This document shows, in pieces, positions 18,603 through 28,022 of a stretch of 64,000 nucleotides of DNA. The first letter of the stretch is position 1; each line of letters starts with the position of its first letter. The DNA is from a virus. The stretch is from the UHGV virus genome UHGV-0240017; one strand, given 5' to 3'. The notes beneath the pieces were generated by a model. It was not told the DNA's origin. It ran no database searches and was given only the letters and a program-made list of their open reading frames with translations. The translations under genes and the position numbers were made by a program.

Positions 18603-19735
18603 TATTTAACCTCAATCAGCGACAACCTGCACCATTCCAGTAAGCCCTCCGCAACACGCACCAACGAAGTAGTAAAGGCATCTTCTAAACGCAGCGCGTT
18701 TTTATACCGGACAGTAGCATCGCGTAACTCACGACCATCTAACGATTTCAGCTCTTTTTTCATTCGCTGAACTTCATCGTAAATACCGGTATAACCAACA
18801 CTACGTCGTTTCGTACCACGCTGACGTAACGCTCGGATAATGTTTCTAACAGCATCGAGAGCTGAACCGATTTCGTGCAAGTTCAGAGATTTGATTGTGT
18901 GGCCAAAATCACCATCGCGGGCAATCGCCCACTCAATCTTACCGTTGTCGTGTTCAACGACCACCACGTTACCAGGCCACGGATACGCTTTCACCGTTTT
19001 AAACGGATCAATAATACCGAACAGTCCTGCGCTTCGTTTAATCGCCCAGTTCGTTGACCGACCCACTTTCTCCAAACCGCTCTCGGTAACTTTCTTGCTC
19101 TTACCGATAATAGTGCGTGTTTTAACGGTATACTCGTTGACCATCGCATCCATTGCGCTCAAGTTCTTACTGAATTCAATACATGCTTTTACGTTAGGCT
19201 TGTCTTCTAAACAAACTTTGGTTGTCCAACTTCCCGTGTCGCAGTCGACCGGCTTTAACGTGTCCTTGATGCCGAGTAAACTTAGCTTTGCGGTTAACTT
19301 TTGCAGTTTGCGTTCTAAAGTCGTCGCTTTAGACGTCGCTTCTTTTAATTCCTTTATGACTTCTTTACCGGCGGCTTCCGCGAAGTCGACAAAACGTAAC
19401 GCAAGTTGCTTAGAATGCTTACCTGCGAAGTTTCCAGTTGCCTTAGCCCCCGCTACCGCTGCCTTTCCAGCAACACGACTAGCCCCTTTAACCGCTCTGC
19501 CGGTCGCGCGTGCGACCGCTTTACCTACTCCTGCGTAAGGCTCAGTGTCCGCAACAAATTGCGCGCGCTCCATCATCGCTGCAGACTCTAGCGCAACCTG
19601 CACATCGTCTAAAACCCACCGTTTTCGGATAGCGACAATCGCCGGATAATTGTCTTTAACATTAAGCGACTCTAACGCGACCAGTCGATCATAGTCATCG
19701 CAAAGGACTTCTAAATCGGAATCTAATGTTGACAT
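18602..19735 (-). CDS. hypothetical protein
   Basis: 377-aa ORF with an Ala/Lys-rich N-terminal segment. Confidence 0.55.
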   Translation of the reverse strand: MSTLDSDLEVLCDDYDRLVALESLNVKDNYPAIVAIRKRWVLDDVQVALESAAMMERAQFVADTEPYAGVGKAVARATGRAVKGASRVAGKAAVAGAKATGNFAGKHSKQLALRFVDFAEAAGKEVIKELKEATSKATTLERKLQKLTAKLSLLGIKDTLKPVDCDTGSWTTKVCLEDKPNVKACIEFSKNLSAMDAMVNEYTVKTRTIIGKSKKVTESGLEKVGRSTNWAIKRSAGLFGIIDPFKTVKAYPWPGNVVVVEHDNGKIEWAIARDGDFGHTIKSLNLHEIGSALDAVRNIIRALRQRGTKRRSVGYTGIYDEVQRMKKELKSLDGRELRDATVRYKNALRLEDAFTTSLVRVAEGLLEWCRLSLIEVK

Positions 19736-19785
19736 CCTTTACCCCATTTTAAGCTAAAGCGGGGAGAAGCCCGCCCTGACTAACT

Positions 19786-20334
19786 TCATAATAAGCGTAG
19801 GTCTTCTAACCACTTAGACGCATCGGTAACATGGTAGTAACACTGGATGTTCAGCGACTGCGCATAACGAACACCCATTGCTGTACCACCTTTTGGATTT
19901 CCCTTTTTATCGTGTTCAGCGTAATAATAGACCGCATCTACGGGGTTGTCTAAAGCGTCACCGGATACAATATTTAAGTTTCGTCCATGCAAAGCCCAGG
20001 CTATATCCGACAGTTTATCGGGATTAGGGTGAAGCGATGCCACAATCCCACGATAACGAATGTCTTGAGGGATAACGCGAAAGTCAACATTCGGATGTAA
20101 CTTACGTAACCACAACTTACGATCGTCGGGCAAATAGCAAATATGTGGACCTGGTTCAGTACGCGCTAACATAAACTGTAATTGGTCTGGCCCTTTATAA
20201 CAACCACCCGAACGGGTTTCGATTTTGTGCTGTTTATTACGAAGAATTTTGAACCCGCGTTGCAACACGTCCAACATTTCTTGCATCGTGTCTTCGGGCG
20301 TTTCTCGAGAACCAATAATAGCGATTTTATACAT
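19786..20334 (-). CDS. Rossmann-like SLOG/DprA-like domain protein (tentative)
   Basis: N-terminal KIAIIGSRE resembles the DprA/SLOG GSR motif; glycine-rich GNPKGGTAMGVRYA later. Confidence 0.3.
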   Translation of the reverse strand: MYKIAIIGSRETPEDTMQEMLDVLQRGFKILRNKQHKIETRSGGCYKGPDQLQFMLARTEPGPHICYLPDDRKLWLRKLHPNVDFRVIPQDIRYRGIVASLHPNPDKLSDIAWALHGRNLNIVSGDALDNPVDAVYYYAEHDKKGNPKGGTAMGVRYAQSLNIQCYYHVTDASKWLEDLRLL

Positions 20335-20364
20335 TTGTCACCTCCATACTGAAGTTGTGAAGTG

Positions 20365-20407
20365 AAAAAAAAAGAAAGCAGGAGAGAACCCCGAAAAGGT
20401 TCTCTCC
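20365..20407 (-). terminator. intrinsic terminator
   Basis: ggagagaacc-ccgaaaag-gttctctcc hairpin preceded on the plus strand by an A-run. Confidence 0.7.
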
Positions 20408-20421
20408 TATCGTTGACGATA

Positions 20422-21084
20422 TCACCCTTCTAAACTACTTAAAACGGCAGTTTCGAGTAACGCTTTACCCATCCAGACATCCAACTCACCATCTAAGTCA
20501 GCTAAAGGGCGCTTATCCAGTTCGTTGTTGTAGTTAAGTCCGTCAAGGGTTTTATTCGTAATAATTTGCCCAATATGAAGCGGTAGAATAAAACGATTTC
20601 GTGCGCTATAAATAAACGAATCACATTCGTAAACTACCGCATAGCGCTCAAGATCGTCATCATACTCAACATGGCACTGCGAGCCAGTGTCCCATGCACG
20701 TGACAAAATCATACCACGATCTTGACACATCTTCTCTACTGACGCTTTCGCGGACTTTGCCCATTTATCGTAATTTTTCGGTTGGCCGTTTTCGAAATCG
20801 AACCAATCCAGATACTTACCGGGAATCTCAAGAAAGTCGTTTAGTTGAAGTTTTGTGTAAGATACCATCACCGCGTCATTAATATCGTTGCGGTTAGTTA
20901 ACTTTACCCGATACCGACCTTCCGGTGTGGGTGCACCCATTAAAGAAACATCCACTTTCTCAGCCGAAAGCTTTTTACGTACACTGCCGTTATTACAGTA
21001 GCTGACGAGGTTGAGTAAGTTCTGTCTATGACCAACTTCAAAATCAATTACAAAAGACATACAAACTCCGCGGGGGTTAATCAC
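20422..21084 (-). CDS. hypothetical protein
   Basis: 220-aa ORF. Confidence 0.5.
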   Translation of the reverse strand: MINPRGVCMSFVIDFEVGHRQNLLNLVSYCNNGSVRKKLSAEKVDVSLMGAPTPEGRYRVKLTNRNDINDAVMVSYTKLQLNDFLEIPGKYLDWFDFENGQPKNYDKWAKSAKASVEKMCQDRGMILSRAWDTGSQCHVEYDDDLERYAVVYECDSFIYSARNRFILPLHIGQIITNKTLDGLNYNNELDKRPLADLDGELDVWMGKALLETAVLSSLEG

Positions 21085-21476
21085 TAATACCCGTATAACG
21101 GGTAGCGTGCGGTGATCTCATCACCGACATAAAAAGTTAAACGTTGGATTTTAATACTTTTATTTACATAGGGTACAGTTTCTAACGTTACCTTTACACC
21201 GGCAGAACAGCTTCCAGGATCAACAAACTGATATGTACGTCGTTTGATATTTACCAAATAGTAGCCACCCGCTGGGCACAGTTCGGTTTTGCCATAATTT
21301 ACCGTGGCAAACTCATCGTTTTGAACCGCAACGACTGGTTGGTCGGTAGATTTAAATACGACAGGTTTATCCCCTGGCACCGTAGGTTCAAAACGACTAA
21401 TATCGTGCGGTTTAAATTCCGCTATCGCGGAAAATGAAAGTAACGTTAGAAAAAGGGTAATAACAGATCTTTTCAT
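21084..21476 (-). CDS. secreted hypothetical protein
   Basis: 130 aa; signal peptide MKRSVITLFLTLLSFSAIA. Confidence 0.5.
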   Translation of the reverse strand: MKRSVITLFLTLLSFSAIAEFKPHDISRFEPTVPGDKPVVFKSTDQPVVAVQNDEFATVNYGKTELCPAGGYYLVNIKRRTYQFVDPGSCSAGVKVTLETVPYVNKSIKIQRLTFYVGDEITARYPLYGY

Positions 21477-21952
21477 CAGTATACCTCATCAAGATGTTCG
21501 CGTAGCCATGGTTTCGACTCTAAGCGCGGAATCATGTTCCGCGTGTTCGGCGAAAACCATAACGCTTCGCGATATTTCTTTTTGAAACGTTCCCAGTGAT
21601 ACGAGAATGGCTTGGGTGTAAAACCGCGCTCTTTTAGCACCTCCTCCCAAACCAAGTCTTTAATAAAATCATCCACTAAAATTAATACCAGCGCTTTCCA
21701 TTTACTACGTCGGTAGTGCCGTGTAAAAGATTTGCGGAGATCAGAAAAGTCCTCTCGTCGCCGAGAACGTACTGCTGGAGTTGCCTTCTCTTTAAATTGC
21801 GAACAAGGATTATGTTCTATTATCGTTACAGGAACACCCCGAACACGACCTGTACGCAAGTCAATCTCGTGAGCGGGGATAACTTCAACGCAACGTAACA
21901 CTTTTGCTTTATTGCCTTCCAAGCACCGCGTCTCATATTCGACACGAATCAT
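21476..21952 (-). CDS. basic hypothetical protein
   Basis: 158 aa, Arg/Lys-rich. Confidence 0.5.
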   Translation of the reverse strand: MIRVEYETRCLEGNKAKVLRCVEVIPAHEIDLRTGRVRGVPVTIIEHNPCSQFKEKATPAVRSRRREDFSDLRKSFTRHYRRSKWKALVLILVDDFIKDLVWEEVLKERGFTPKPFSYHWERFKKKYREALWFSPNTRNMIPRLESKPWLREHLDEVY

Positions 21953-21971
21953 TTTGGGCTCTCAACCATTT

Positions 21972-22448
21972 CTAATAAATCTTATCCGCAACAGAGAGAA
22001 AGATGGGGGTGTTTTCAATAAAATCCACCAAATATCCTTCTTCTGGCGGGGTGTATGACGAATCAATGTTACTGTTCGTCATACGAAAATACCGACGGGA
22101 GTCACTGGCAATAAACCATCGGTCTATTTGGAAGCCTTTTTTGGAAAAGAAACATAGACCGTCGATGTTTGAGGGATGAACACGACACATCACCATTTGA
22201 CGATCTGAATTAAGTTGAACGTATTTCAGTAAAAAAGAACCTACACCGCTACGACGAGAACCTTCAGCCACCACCAGATAGATAAGATTCCCCGGCTCCC
22301 AGATTACAACCCCGTGTGTAATATCATCTTCAACGGCCAACGTAATTCTAACTGGCGTTTCTCGAATCGAATTTAAATCTTTCACATATTCGCGCAATTC
22401 AGGAAATTTAGTGGAGATTTTGTCTTCGGTAATATTTAACGGTTGCAT
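21972..22448 (-). CDS. GNAT-like acetyltransferase (putative)
   Basis: VVAEGSRRSGVGSFLLKYV resembles GNAT motif A. Confidence 0.5.
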   Translation of the reverse strand: MQPLNITEDKISTKFPELREYVKDLNSIRETPVRITLAVEDDITHGVVIWEPGNLIYLVVAEGSRRSGVGSFLLKYVQLNSDRQMVMCRVHPSNIDGLCFFSKKGFQIDRWFIASDSRRYFRMTNSNIDSSYTPPEEGYLVDFIENTPIFLSVADKIY

Positions 22449-23128
22449 TATTGATCCCCTATCGATAAAACGTTTTTAACAAATTCATCCCACGTGGTAT
22501 TCCCACCAGAAGTAAATAAACTGCTAAGTGGAACGTTTCGATGCTGTGGAATAATCGCATCAAGTTTCGTTACTGGAACTTCGCTCCATAAAGCCCAACC
22601 ATACAACCCTTCCACCGTTTTTCTCTCACCACGAAGGGATGGCACCCACCAGGTAAACTGTATGAATCTTTTACCACGACAGATTTTAAGGCTGGTAGTA
22701 AAACCGTGGTCTAACATCCGAACGTCGTCAAACTTACAATTAATCGAGAAAAGACCATAACGGGCAAGCAATCTCCTTATCTGAAGCCTTAGGTCATTCT
22801 GATAGTCGTTCAATTCGACAGCGTCTACATAAACCTGTCCCTTCCCAACTCCAAACCCTTTCTTTTCTAAATGCTCCGCTATTAACGCAGACGTACTCCC
22901 CTCCACACCCGGACAATCTAAACTGCCAGATAAAGGTACTGCACGATAATAGCGATGGACCGTCTCTTGGAAAGCGGTCGTAACAATTTTTTCGTCTTTA
23001 GCGAAATCAACAATTTCCCCATTAGAGGTGACCAACGGTCCAACCTTCAGGTCCTGAATAGGTATCAGTAACGTTCTGGTCATTAAGCGTAATGGTTCCA
23101 CAATAGCACTCCTTCTTTTAAGTCTCAC
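22448..23128 (-). CDS. hypothetical protein
   Basis: 226-aa ORF. Confidence 0.5.
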   Translation of the reverse strand: MRLKRRSAIVEPLRLMTRTLLIPIQDLKVGPLVTSNGEIVDFAKDEKIVTTAFQETVHRYYRAVPLSGSLDCPGVEGSTSALIAEHLEKKGFGVGKGQVYVDAVELNDYQNDLRLQIRRLLARYGLFSINCKFDDVRMLDHGFTTSLKICRGKRFIQFTWWVPSLRGERKTVEGLYGWALWSEVPVTKLDAIIPQHRNVPLSSLFTSGGNTTWDEFVKNVLSIGDQ

Positions 23129-23139
23129 AGTATGTTTAA

Positions 23140-23188
23140 AAATTGTAAAAATAAAAAGAAGTAACCTCTACCCGAAGGTAGAGGTTAC
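23140..23188 (-). terminator. intrinsic terminator (UUCG loop)
   Basis: gtaacctctacc-cgaa-ggtagaggttac with a long plus-strand A-run. Confidence 0.7.
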
Positions 23189-23190
23189 TG

Positions 23191-23769
23191 TTATTTCGTT
23201 GTTGGGCTTTCTGTCTTCGACTTAAGCTGGCCTGATTTCTCAAGCTTCTTCTCAACAACTTTTGTGGCTATCTCAAGAGACTTATAAGCCAACGTTTTAA
23301 TCGGCCAAGTCGCAAAAACAACCAACGCAAAGAACGGTACCAATGTCACAATCAGAACATCTAAACTGTCTTCTGGAAAATGTTGATGCGTGTCGTAACC
23401 CAGGAAACCGGTTACAACAACCGTCACTAACGTCAGAAGGGCAATAATGAACTTCTGGGGAGCGGATAATTTCGGCCATAAGGTTAGCATGGTTTCTTTG
23501 CTAATCTCATCCCCGAGAGATTCCACAGCGTCAGTTGCCTGCTGATGGAATTGTTCTGATATTTTGCCTAAGTTATCGATTAGCGTCGGGCGTAAGTCGG
23601 AAAGAATCTTTGTTCCTGAACGGGTGACGTCAACATCGACGTCATCCCCATACGCCGCTTTCAAGAGTTTCGTTAACTGTTCAGATTGTTCTTTACTTAA
23701 CTTTTTGTTTCCAGCTTGGATCAATAAGTCAAGTATTTCAGTGGGTAGTGCTTGTGTGCTTGGTTCCAT
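23191..23769 (-). CDS. membrane protein (two predicted TM helices)
   Basis: 192 aa; hydrophobic segments FIIALLTLVTVVVTGFLGY and LIVTLVPFFALVVFATWPI. Confidence 0.5.
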   Translation of the reverse strand: MEPSTQALPTEILDLLIQAGNKKLSKEQSEQLTKLLKAAYGDDVDVDVTRSGTKILSDLRPTLIDNLGKISEQFHQQATDAVESLGDEISKETMLTLWPKLSAPQKFIIALLTLVTVVVTGFLGYDTHQHFPEDSLDVLIVTLVPFFALVVFATWPIKTLAYKSLEIATKVVEKKLEKSGQLKSKTESPTTK

Positions 23770-24413
23770 TAACGTTTTCTCCGACGCCTTCTCCGCCTGG
23801 AGGTCTTAGTCGACTTTTGTTTAGGCGGTAGCAAGCTATTTAAGTTTAACAGATTTACCCTGACGAAAATATTTCCCACCGCCACAGCATCAATGCTGTG
23901 CTCATCTAACGTTGTAATATCAAACAAAGCATGTTCACGGTAGAGCTTGGTCACGGCCCGAAACATATCGGTTTTATCCGTCCCCTTCGCTTCCACCCCA
24001 ACGAATGATTTTACAATGATAGGATTGAAGCCGTGTAAAATTTTCTCCGGGTAAATATCCCACAAAGTACGTCGCAACATTAATTGTAGTTCGACGCCAG
24101 ATTCATAAGCGGAGAGTTTTGCTCTCCGCATGAACGGTGTCTCAGTTGCAACGAAAGTTGGGCAGGCAATCCGAAGAAATTCACGGTAACAAGCTTCGAG
24201 CTTAACTAAACGATCGTCACGTTTACCGACACACTCTGCGAACGCATTTGGATGCGTTGGGTCTAATACATGCATGGTATCAGCCCAAACCACTTCGGCT
24301 TGATCGCTGCCGTATTCCCAATCCAATACTGCCATACCAAGATGGCTCGTACCGGGGTCTATTGCCGCGATTCTTACCATCTTATCTGGAAGTCTCGGCT
24401 CGGGTATCAACAT
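23769..24413 (-). CDS. RuvC-like Holliday junction resolvase (putative) with poly-Arg C-terminus
   Basis: IAAIDPGTSHLGMAVLD (first catalytic Asp), VATETPF (Glu), TLDEHSIDAVAVG (Asp/His); C-terminal KTSRRRRRRRKR. Confidence 0.5.
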   Translation of the reverse strand: MLIPEPRLPDKMVRIAAIDPGTSHLGMAVLDWEYGSDQAEVVWADTMHVLDPTHPNAFAECVGKRDDRLVKLEACYREFLRIACPTFVATETPFMRRAKLSAYESGVELQLMLRRTLWDIYPEKILHGFNPIIVKSFVGVEAKGTDKTDMFRAVTKLYREHALFDITTLDEHSIDAVAVGNIFVRVNLLNLNSLLPPKQKSTKTSRRRRRRRKR

Positions 24414-25300
24414 CAGTTAGCTGTCCCCAGGAAGAACGGTGCAGGCTGTCCGATACGAATGGTCAAAGACAATTTGTCATTCGTCTGTGCCAGGTTGGTA
24501 AACATCGAAATATAGTACAGCGCTTGAACACCGATCGCCTCGTTATAGCTGAATTTAGACCCAGTTGCAGAGTCCCCGGACGCGACCTGGTCTAACCCTG
24601 AGCAGAGTGCCAGTTCAGAGATAATTGAACTACGCGGGCTACCACGCATAATGCTCGTTACGTTCATATATTCCTGAACATCAAAGTCTGTCCACGGAAT
24701 AACCAGGTCAGCACCTGATTCCACATAACGACCATCTGGGATTGCAACGGTACCATCGTCGTCGTAATCGTAGTCTGGCAATACTTTCGGTACGGGGTTT
24801 AATTCCGTGTCTGTGTACACAAAGTCTTCGACGGTCTCAACACCGTTCTCACGCCTGATATCGTAATCGGTGGTTTTTACAGCGCGCATGTCAATGCGTT
24901 TTAAATAATACGCCCAGTATTCACGTTTGTTAAACGTTTCCAAAGTACGAAAAGCGTAGTTCTTACGTTGTTCGTCAGACAGATCATTGTCTTTTGTACG
25001 CAGGACAAACGGAACGCGGGAAAACATCCCGGAAGCAATAGGTTCTTTACCTACAGGCACAACGTCAGCCACCACATCAGAGGTGTCGACCATATGGCCA
25101 CGGTTACCAATTGCCATGTACTGCAAATGAGGACGCGCTTTACCGTCCGGCACTGGTGTTTGCATGAGTTTATAAAACTCATTCAGTGTGGATTTTTGCG
25201 GGTATTGCACGTCAGCACCGGTAATTAATGCGGTAGCCAAGCGCATCGCATTAAGCGTTACCGTCGAGAGTTTACCGTCGTAAACTTTGACATTAGACAT
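24413..25300 (-). CDS. hypothetical protein
   Basis: 295-aa ORF. Confidence 0.55.
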   Translation of the reverse strand: MSNVKVYDGKLSTVTLNAMRLATALITGADVQYPQKSTLNEFYKLMQTPVPDGKARPHLQYMAIGNRGHMVDTSDVVADVVPVGKEPIASGMFSRVPFVLRTKDNDLSDEQRKNYAFRTLETFNKREYWAYYLKRIDMRAVKTTDYDIRRENGVETVEDFVYTDTELNPVPKVLPDYDYDDDGTVAIPDGRYVESGADLVIPWTDFDVQEYMNVTSIMRGSPRSSIISELALCSGLDQVASGDSATGSKFSYNEAIGVQALYYISMFTNLAQTNDKLSLTIRIGQPAPFFLGTAN

Positions 25301-25820
25301 TGATTAATTCTCCTGGGCGGAACCCATCCAACGCCAATTTCGTCACAAGAGACGCCAATTTGCGTGGGGTGGAATCAGTAAATACGACCGGAATCGTTCC
25401 TTTAAAAGATAAATGATTCGGGACGAGACGAACATCATAAGAATCCAGCTCCTCTGAAATCGGCTCAATCATAATGTCGTCAGCACGCAGGTCAATCCCT
25501 GTTTGTGCAACGATATAATCAGCCAACTCTTCACTGGACGTTACTGCGCCTTTCGGTACACTCACCGGTTCATCGGCCAGGAACGTTGCCAAATCAACGC
25601 GAGTTAAAATAAATTCCTGGTTACCGACAACGCCGTTACGGAAGACGGCAGCAACCTTTGATTCTAGTCCGTAACGTTGGCGTTCTGCTAAAGTTAGCGG
25701 TTGAACGCCGTTTGCGTTAAACTCGATGTTATCAGCAGTATAGGATAGACTAAATACGTAGTTAATCCGGTCTACTAAAATTTGTTTAGGTGCTTTCGTT
25801 AAATCGACACGATATGCCAT
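25293..25820 (-). CDS. hypothetical protein
   Basis: 175-aa ORF. Confidence 0.5.
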   Translation of the reverse strand: MAYRVDLTKAPKQILVDRINYVFSLSYTADNIEFNANGVQPLTLAERQRYGLESKVAAVFRNGVVGNQEFILTRVDLATFLADEPVSVPKGAVTSSEELADYIVAQTGIDLRADDIMIEPISEELDSYDVRLVPNHLSFKGTIPVVFTDSTPRKLASLVTKLALDGFRPGELINV

Positions 25821-25827
25821 GATTCTC

Positions 25828-28011
25828 TCACTTAGGTAGCTGGTCTAACGTAAACCCTTCGAGATCGTTAATTTTCACCTGTTCGTTTAACGCCCAGTCG
25901 TCAAGTGAAGACTTGACCTTAACAATCCCGGTGGTCGGTTCATTAATATCCACCACGACTTGCTGATTCACTCTCACACGGATACCCATGTAAATGTTCA
26001 TCCGTAGTTTGATGTGTTGCGGCATGGACAGTTCTTTAATCACCGGCGCTGCGGGAAGCACTTTGTCCGTCGTCATGTATTGGTGTCGCGTAACTGACTG
26101 TACGCCTAAGAGAGGTTCAATAATGGTAACTGTACCCTCCCCACTCATAGGGATATCCCCTAAGATTGGACAAAGCGGGTCCATAACGTCGTAAGAATCT
26201 GACCCCATCCGCGCAGCAAAATGTACGGTATACGACGAAAGCTTGGTCATCAATCGAACCATCGCACGCTGTATTTCAGATTGCGAAATAGTTGCACGCG
26301 TTTCAAGGTTTGTTGCGGTGTTCAATGCATCGACTGCAATATCTTGCCACGTCTCTGCAGAGACCAACGTATAGTCTAGCCCAAAGGTCTTAAAGAACTC
26401 GTCGTAGTTACGATACTTTAACTTTAAATCACAGCGATAATCACGATAATGGTAATCGAACAACATTAAGCCCGCAGCACGATCGGGAATCTTACGGCGG
26501 TTTTGGCTGTAACGCCAACGGCGTCGCTTCTGTAAGATAATTTCATTAACCGTATCGTAAAGTTCGTCGGCACTGAGAATGGTCCCGACTACCTCGGTGT
26601 GGGTGTCGGTATAGTAGTTAATCAGCGCATCGAAACGATGTTCCCAACTCGGGATAAGATGTTGTTCCATTTCATCGAAGGGCACCCAACGTTTAATCAA
26701 GACATCAAAAACGTTAAATACGGGGATTTCTTCAAGGGCAACGTCTGAGTAACCTTTATACGCCGCGTACAAAAACAGTGCCAACAGTTCTTTCGAACTT
26801 AACTTTAACGTATCGCCGTTTGTCGGGTTAAGAATCTCATGGTAGATGCTGTATTTTCCCTTCGCTACCAAATGTACCCATTCATTAAAGAGGTTATGTG
26901 TGTATTCAAAACGCTCAATAGCTTCTGGGTCAACGGCGGTTACTTCTACGAGTTTCGTCGTTAAGTTGGGGTATTGTGTCAGACTCAGTCGCGTGTCTAA
27001 GTCTTCTTGATACTCCGGTTCGTACGCCGGGTTGTTATACGCTAACCCCACCTCTTTTTGGATTATGTCCGTAGTAGTAACAATATCCAAATCGCGTCCA
27101 GAGTCTTTCTCTGTGTAGTTTAAAGATTGCTGATAGCCGATAGGCAACGGTGTTAAGGAATTATCATCGTTATCTTTCGGTTCGTGAATCTGCTGCGCAA
27201 CATTATACCCAACCGCAGGCATTCCCCAGCCTGTCAGTAGCGCATCGATTTGCCAATCGAAGATCTCCTCTTTCCCTGAATTACGTTCCCAGTATCGAAT
27301 ATTTCGATAAAGAATGAATTTTTGTTTCTGAGTCAGGTACGGCATAAACTCATGCAGTTCCTGGTGCGAAGCTAAAAATTCGGTAACGAAGAAAGAGTGC
27401 GTTTCTGTCGTATGCTGTAAAGAAGAACGTATATAACCAATTATACCCGGTAGCTGCGGAAACAACATGCAATAGAAAGCTAACACAAACGCATCGTTGT
27501 GGACCTTCCAACCCTCAGCCATGTAACGGACATGTGCCGCACGAATTCTCGCTTCCAGTCGGCTAATCAATGACGTCTCTTGCGATTCTACTAACGAGCT
27601 GTCGTAGTACAAAATAGAACAATCGTCTACACGTAACGCGTAGTTTAAATCGATTGGCGTAAAGACACCGCGAATATAAATCGCGTATTCGGGATAAGTT
27701 GCGATCAACGCCTCGATGTACTCAGCATTCGAACGAAAAACGTTAGAGGTCTTTTTATGACGGGACAGGTTGGCTGTCGTTAATTCTATCTGCTCTTGCG
27801 TGTCGAGCGACGTTATGTAAATGGGTTTATCCATTTCGTGACGTTGTCCTGCTAAATGCAGGTAGTATCGCCACGTACTACGGTTATCGGAAACGAAACC
27901 GCCGTTCTCGGTTATTGCCAGATTCATCTGTTGTGCGATTGATTCTGATTTAATAATCAGCGATTTCGCCAACGCGATGTTCTGATCACGAAATATGTTA
28001 AATCTCTGCAT
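25828..28011 (-). CDS. large hypothetical protein (virion protein candidate)
   Basis: ORF track 25828..28023 uses a TTG; first ATG at 28011 gives MQRFNIF..., about 727 aa. Confidence 0.55.
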   Translation of the reverse strand: MQRFNIFRDQNIALAKSLIIKSESIAQQMNLAITENGGFVSDNRSTWRYYLHLAGQRHEMDKPIYITSLDTQEQIELTTANLSRHKKTSNVFRSNAEYIEALIATYPEYAIYIRGVFTPIDLNYALRVDDCSILYYDSSLVESQETSLISRLEARIRAAHVRYMAEGWKVHNDAFVLAFYCMLFPQLPGIIGYIRSSLQHTTETHSFFVTEFLASHQELHEFMPYLTQKQKFILYRNIRYWERNSGKEEIFDWQIDALLTGWGMPAVGYNVAQQIHEPKDNDDNSLTPLPIGYQQSLNYTEKDSGRDLDIVTTTDIIQKEVGLAYNNPAYEPEYQEDLDTRLSLTQYPNLTTKLVEVTAVDPEAIERFEYTHNLFNEWVHLVAKGKYSIYHEILNPTNGDTLKLSSKELLALFLYAAYKGYSDVALEEIPVFNVFDVLIKRWVPFDEMEQHLIPSWEHRFDALINYYTDTHTEVVGTILSADELYDTVNEIILQKRRRWRYSQNRRKIPDRAAGLMLFDYHYRDYRCDLKLKYRNYDEFFKTFGLDYTLVSAETWQDIAVDALNTATNLETRATISQSEIQRAMVRLMTKLSSYTVHFAARMGSDSYDVMDPLCPILGDIPMSGEGTVTIIEPLLGVQSVTRHQYMTTDKVLPAAPVIKELSMPQHIKLRMNIYMGIRVRVNQQVVVDINEPTTGIVKVKSSLDDWALNEQVKINDLEGFTLDQLPK

Positions 28012-28022
28012 CGGAGACCCCA

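Noticed and set aside
18840-19538. 232-aa plus-strand ORF
   Set aside because: Antisense to 18602..19735; Pro/Ser/Leu-rich low-complexity translation.
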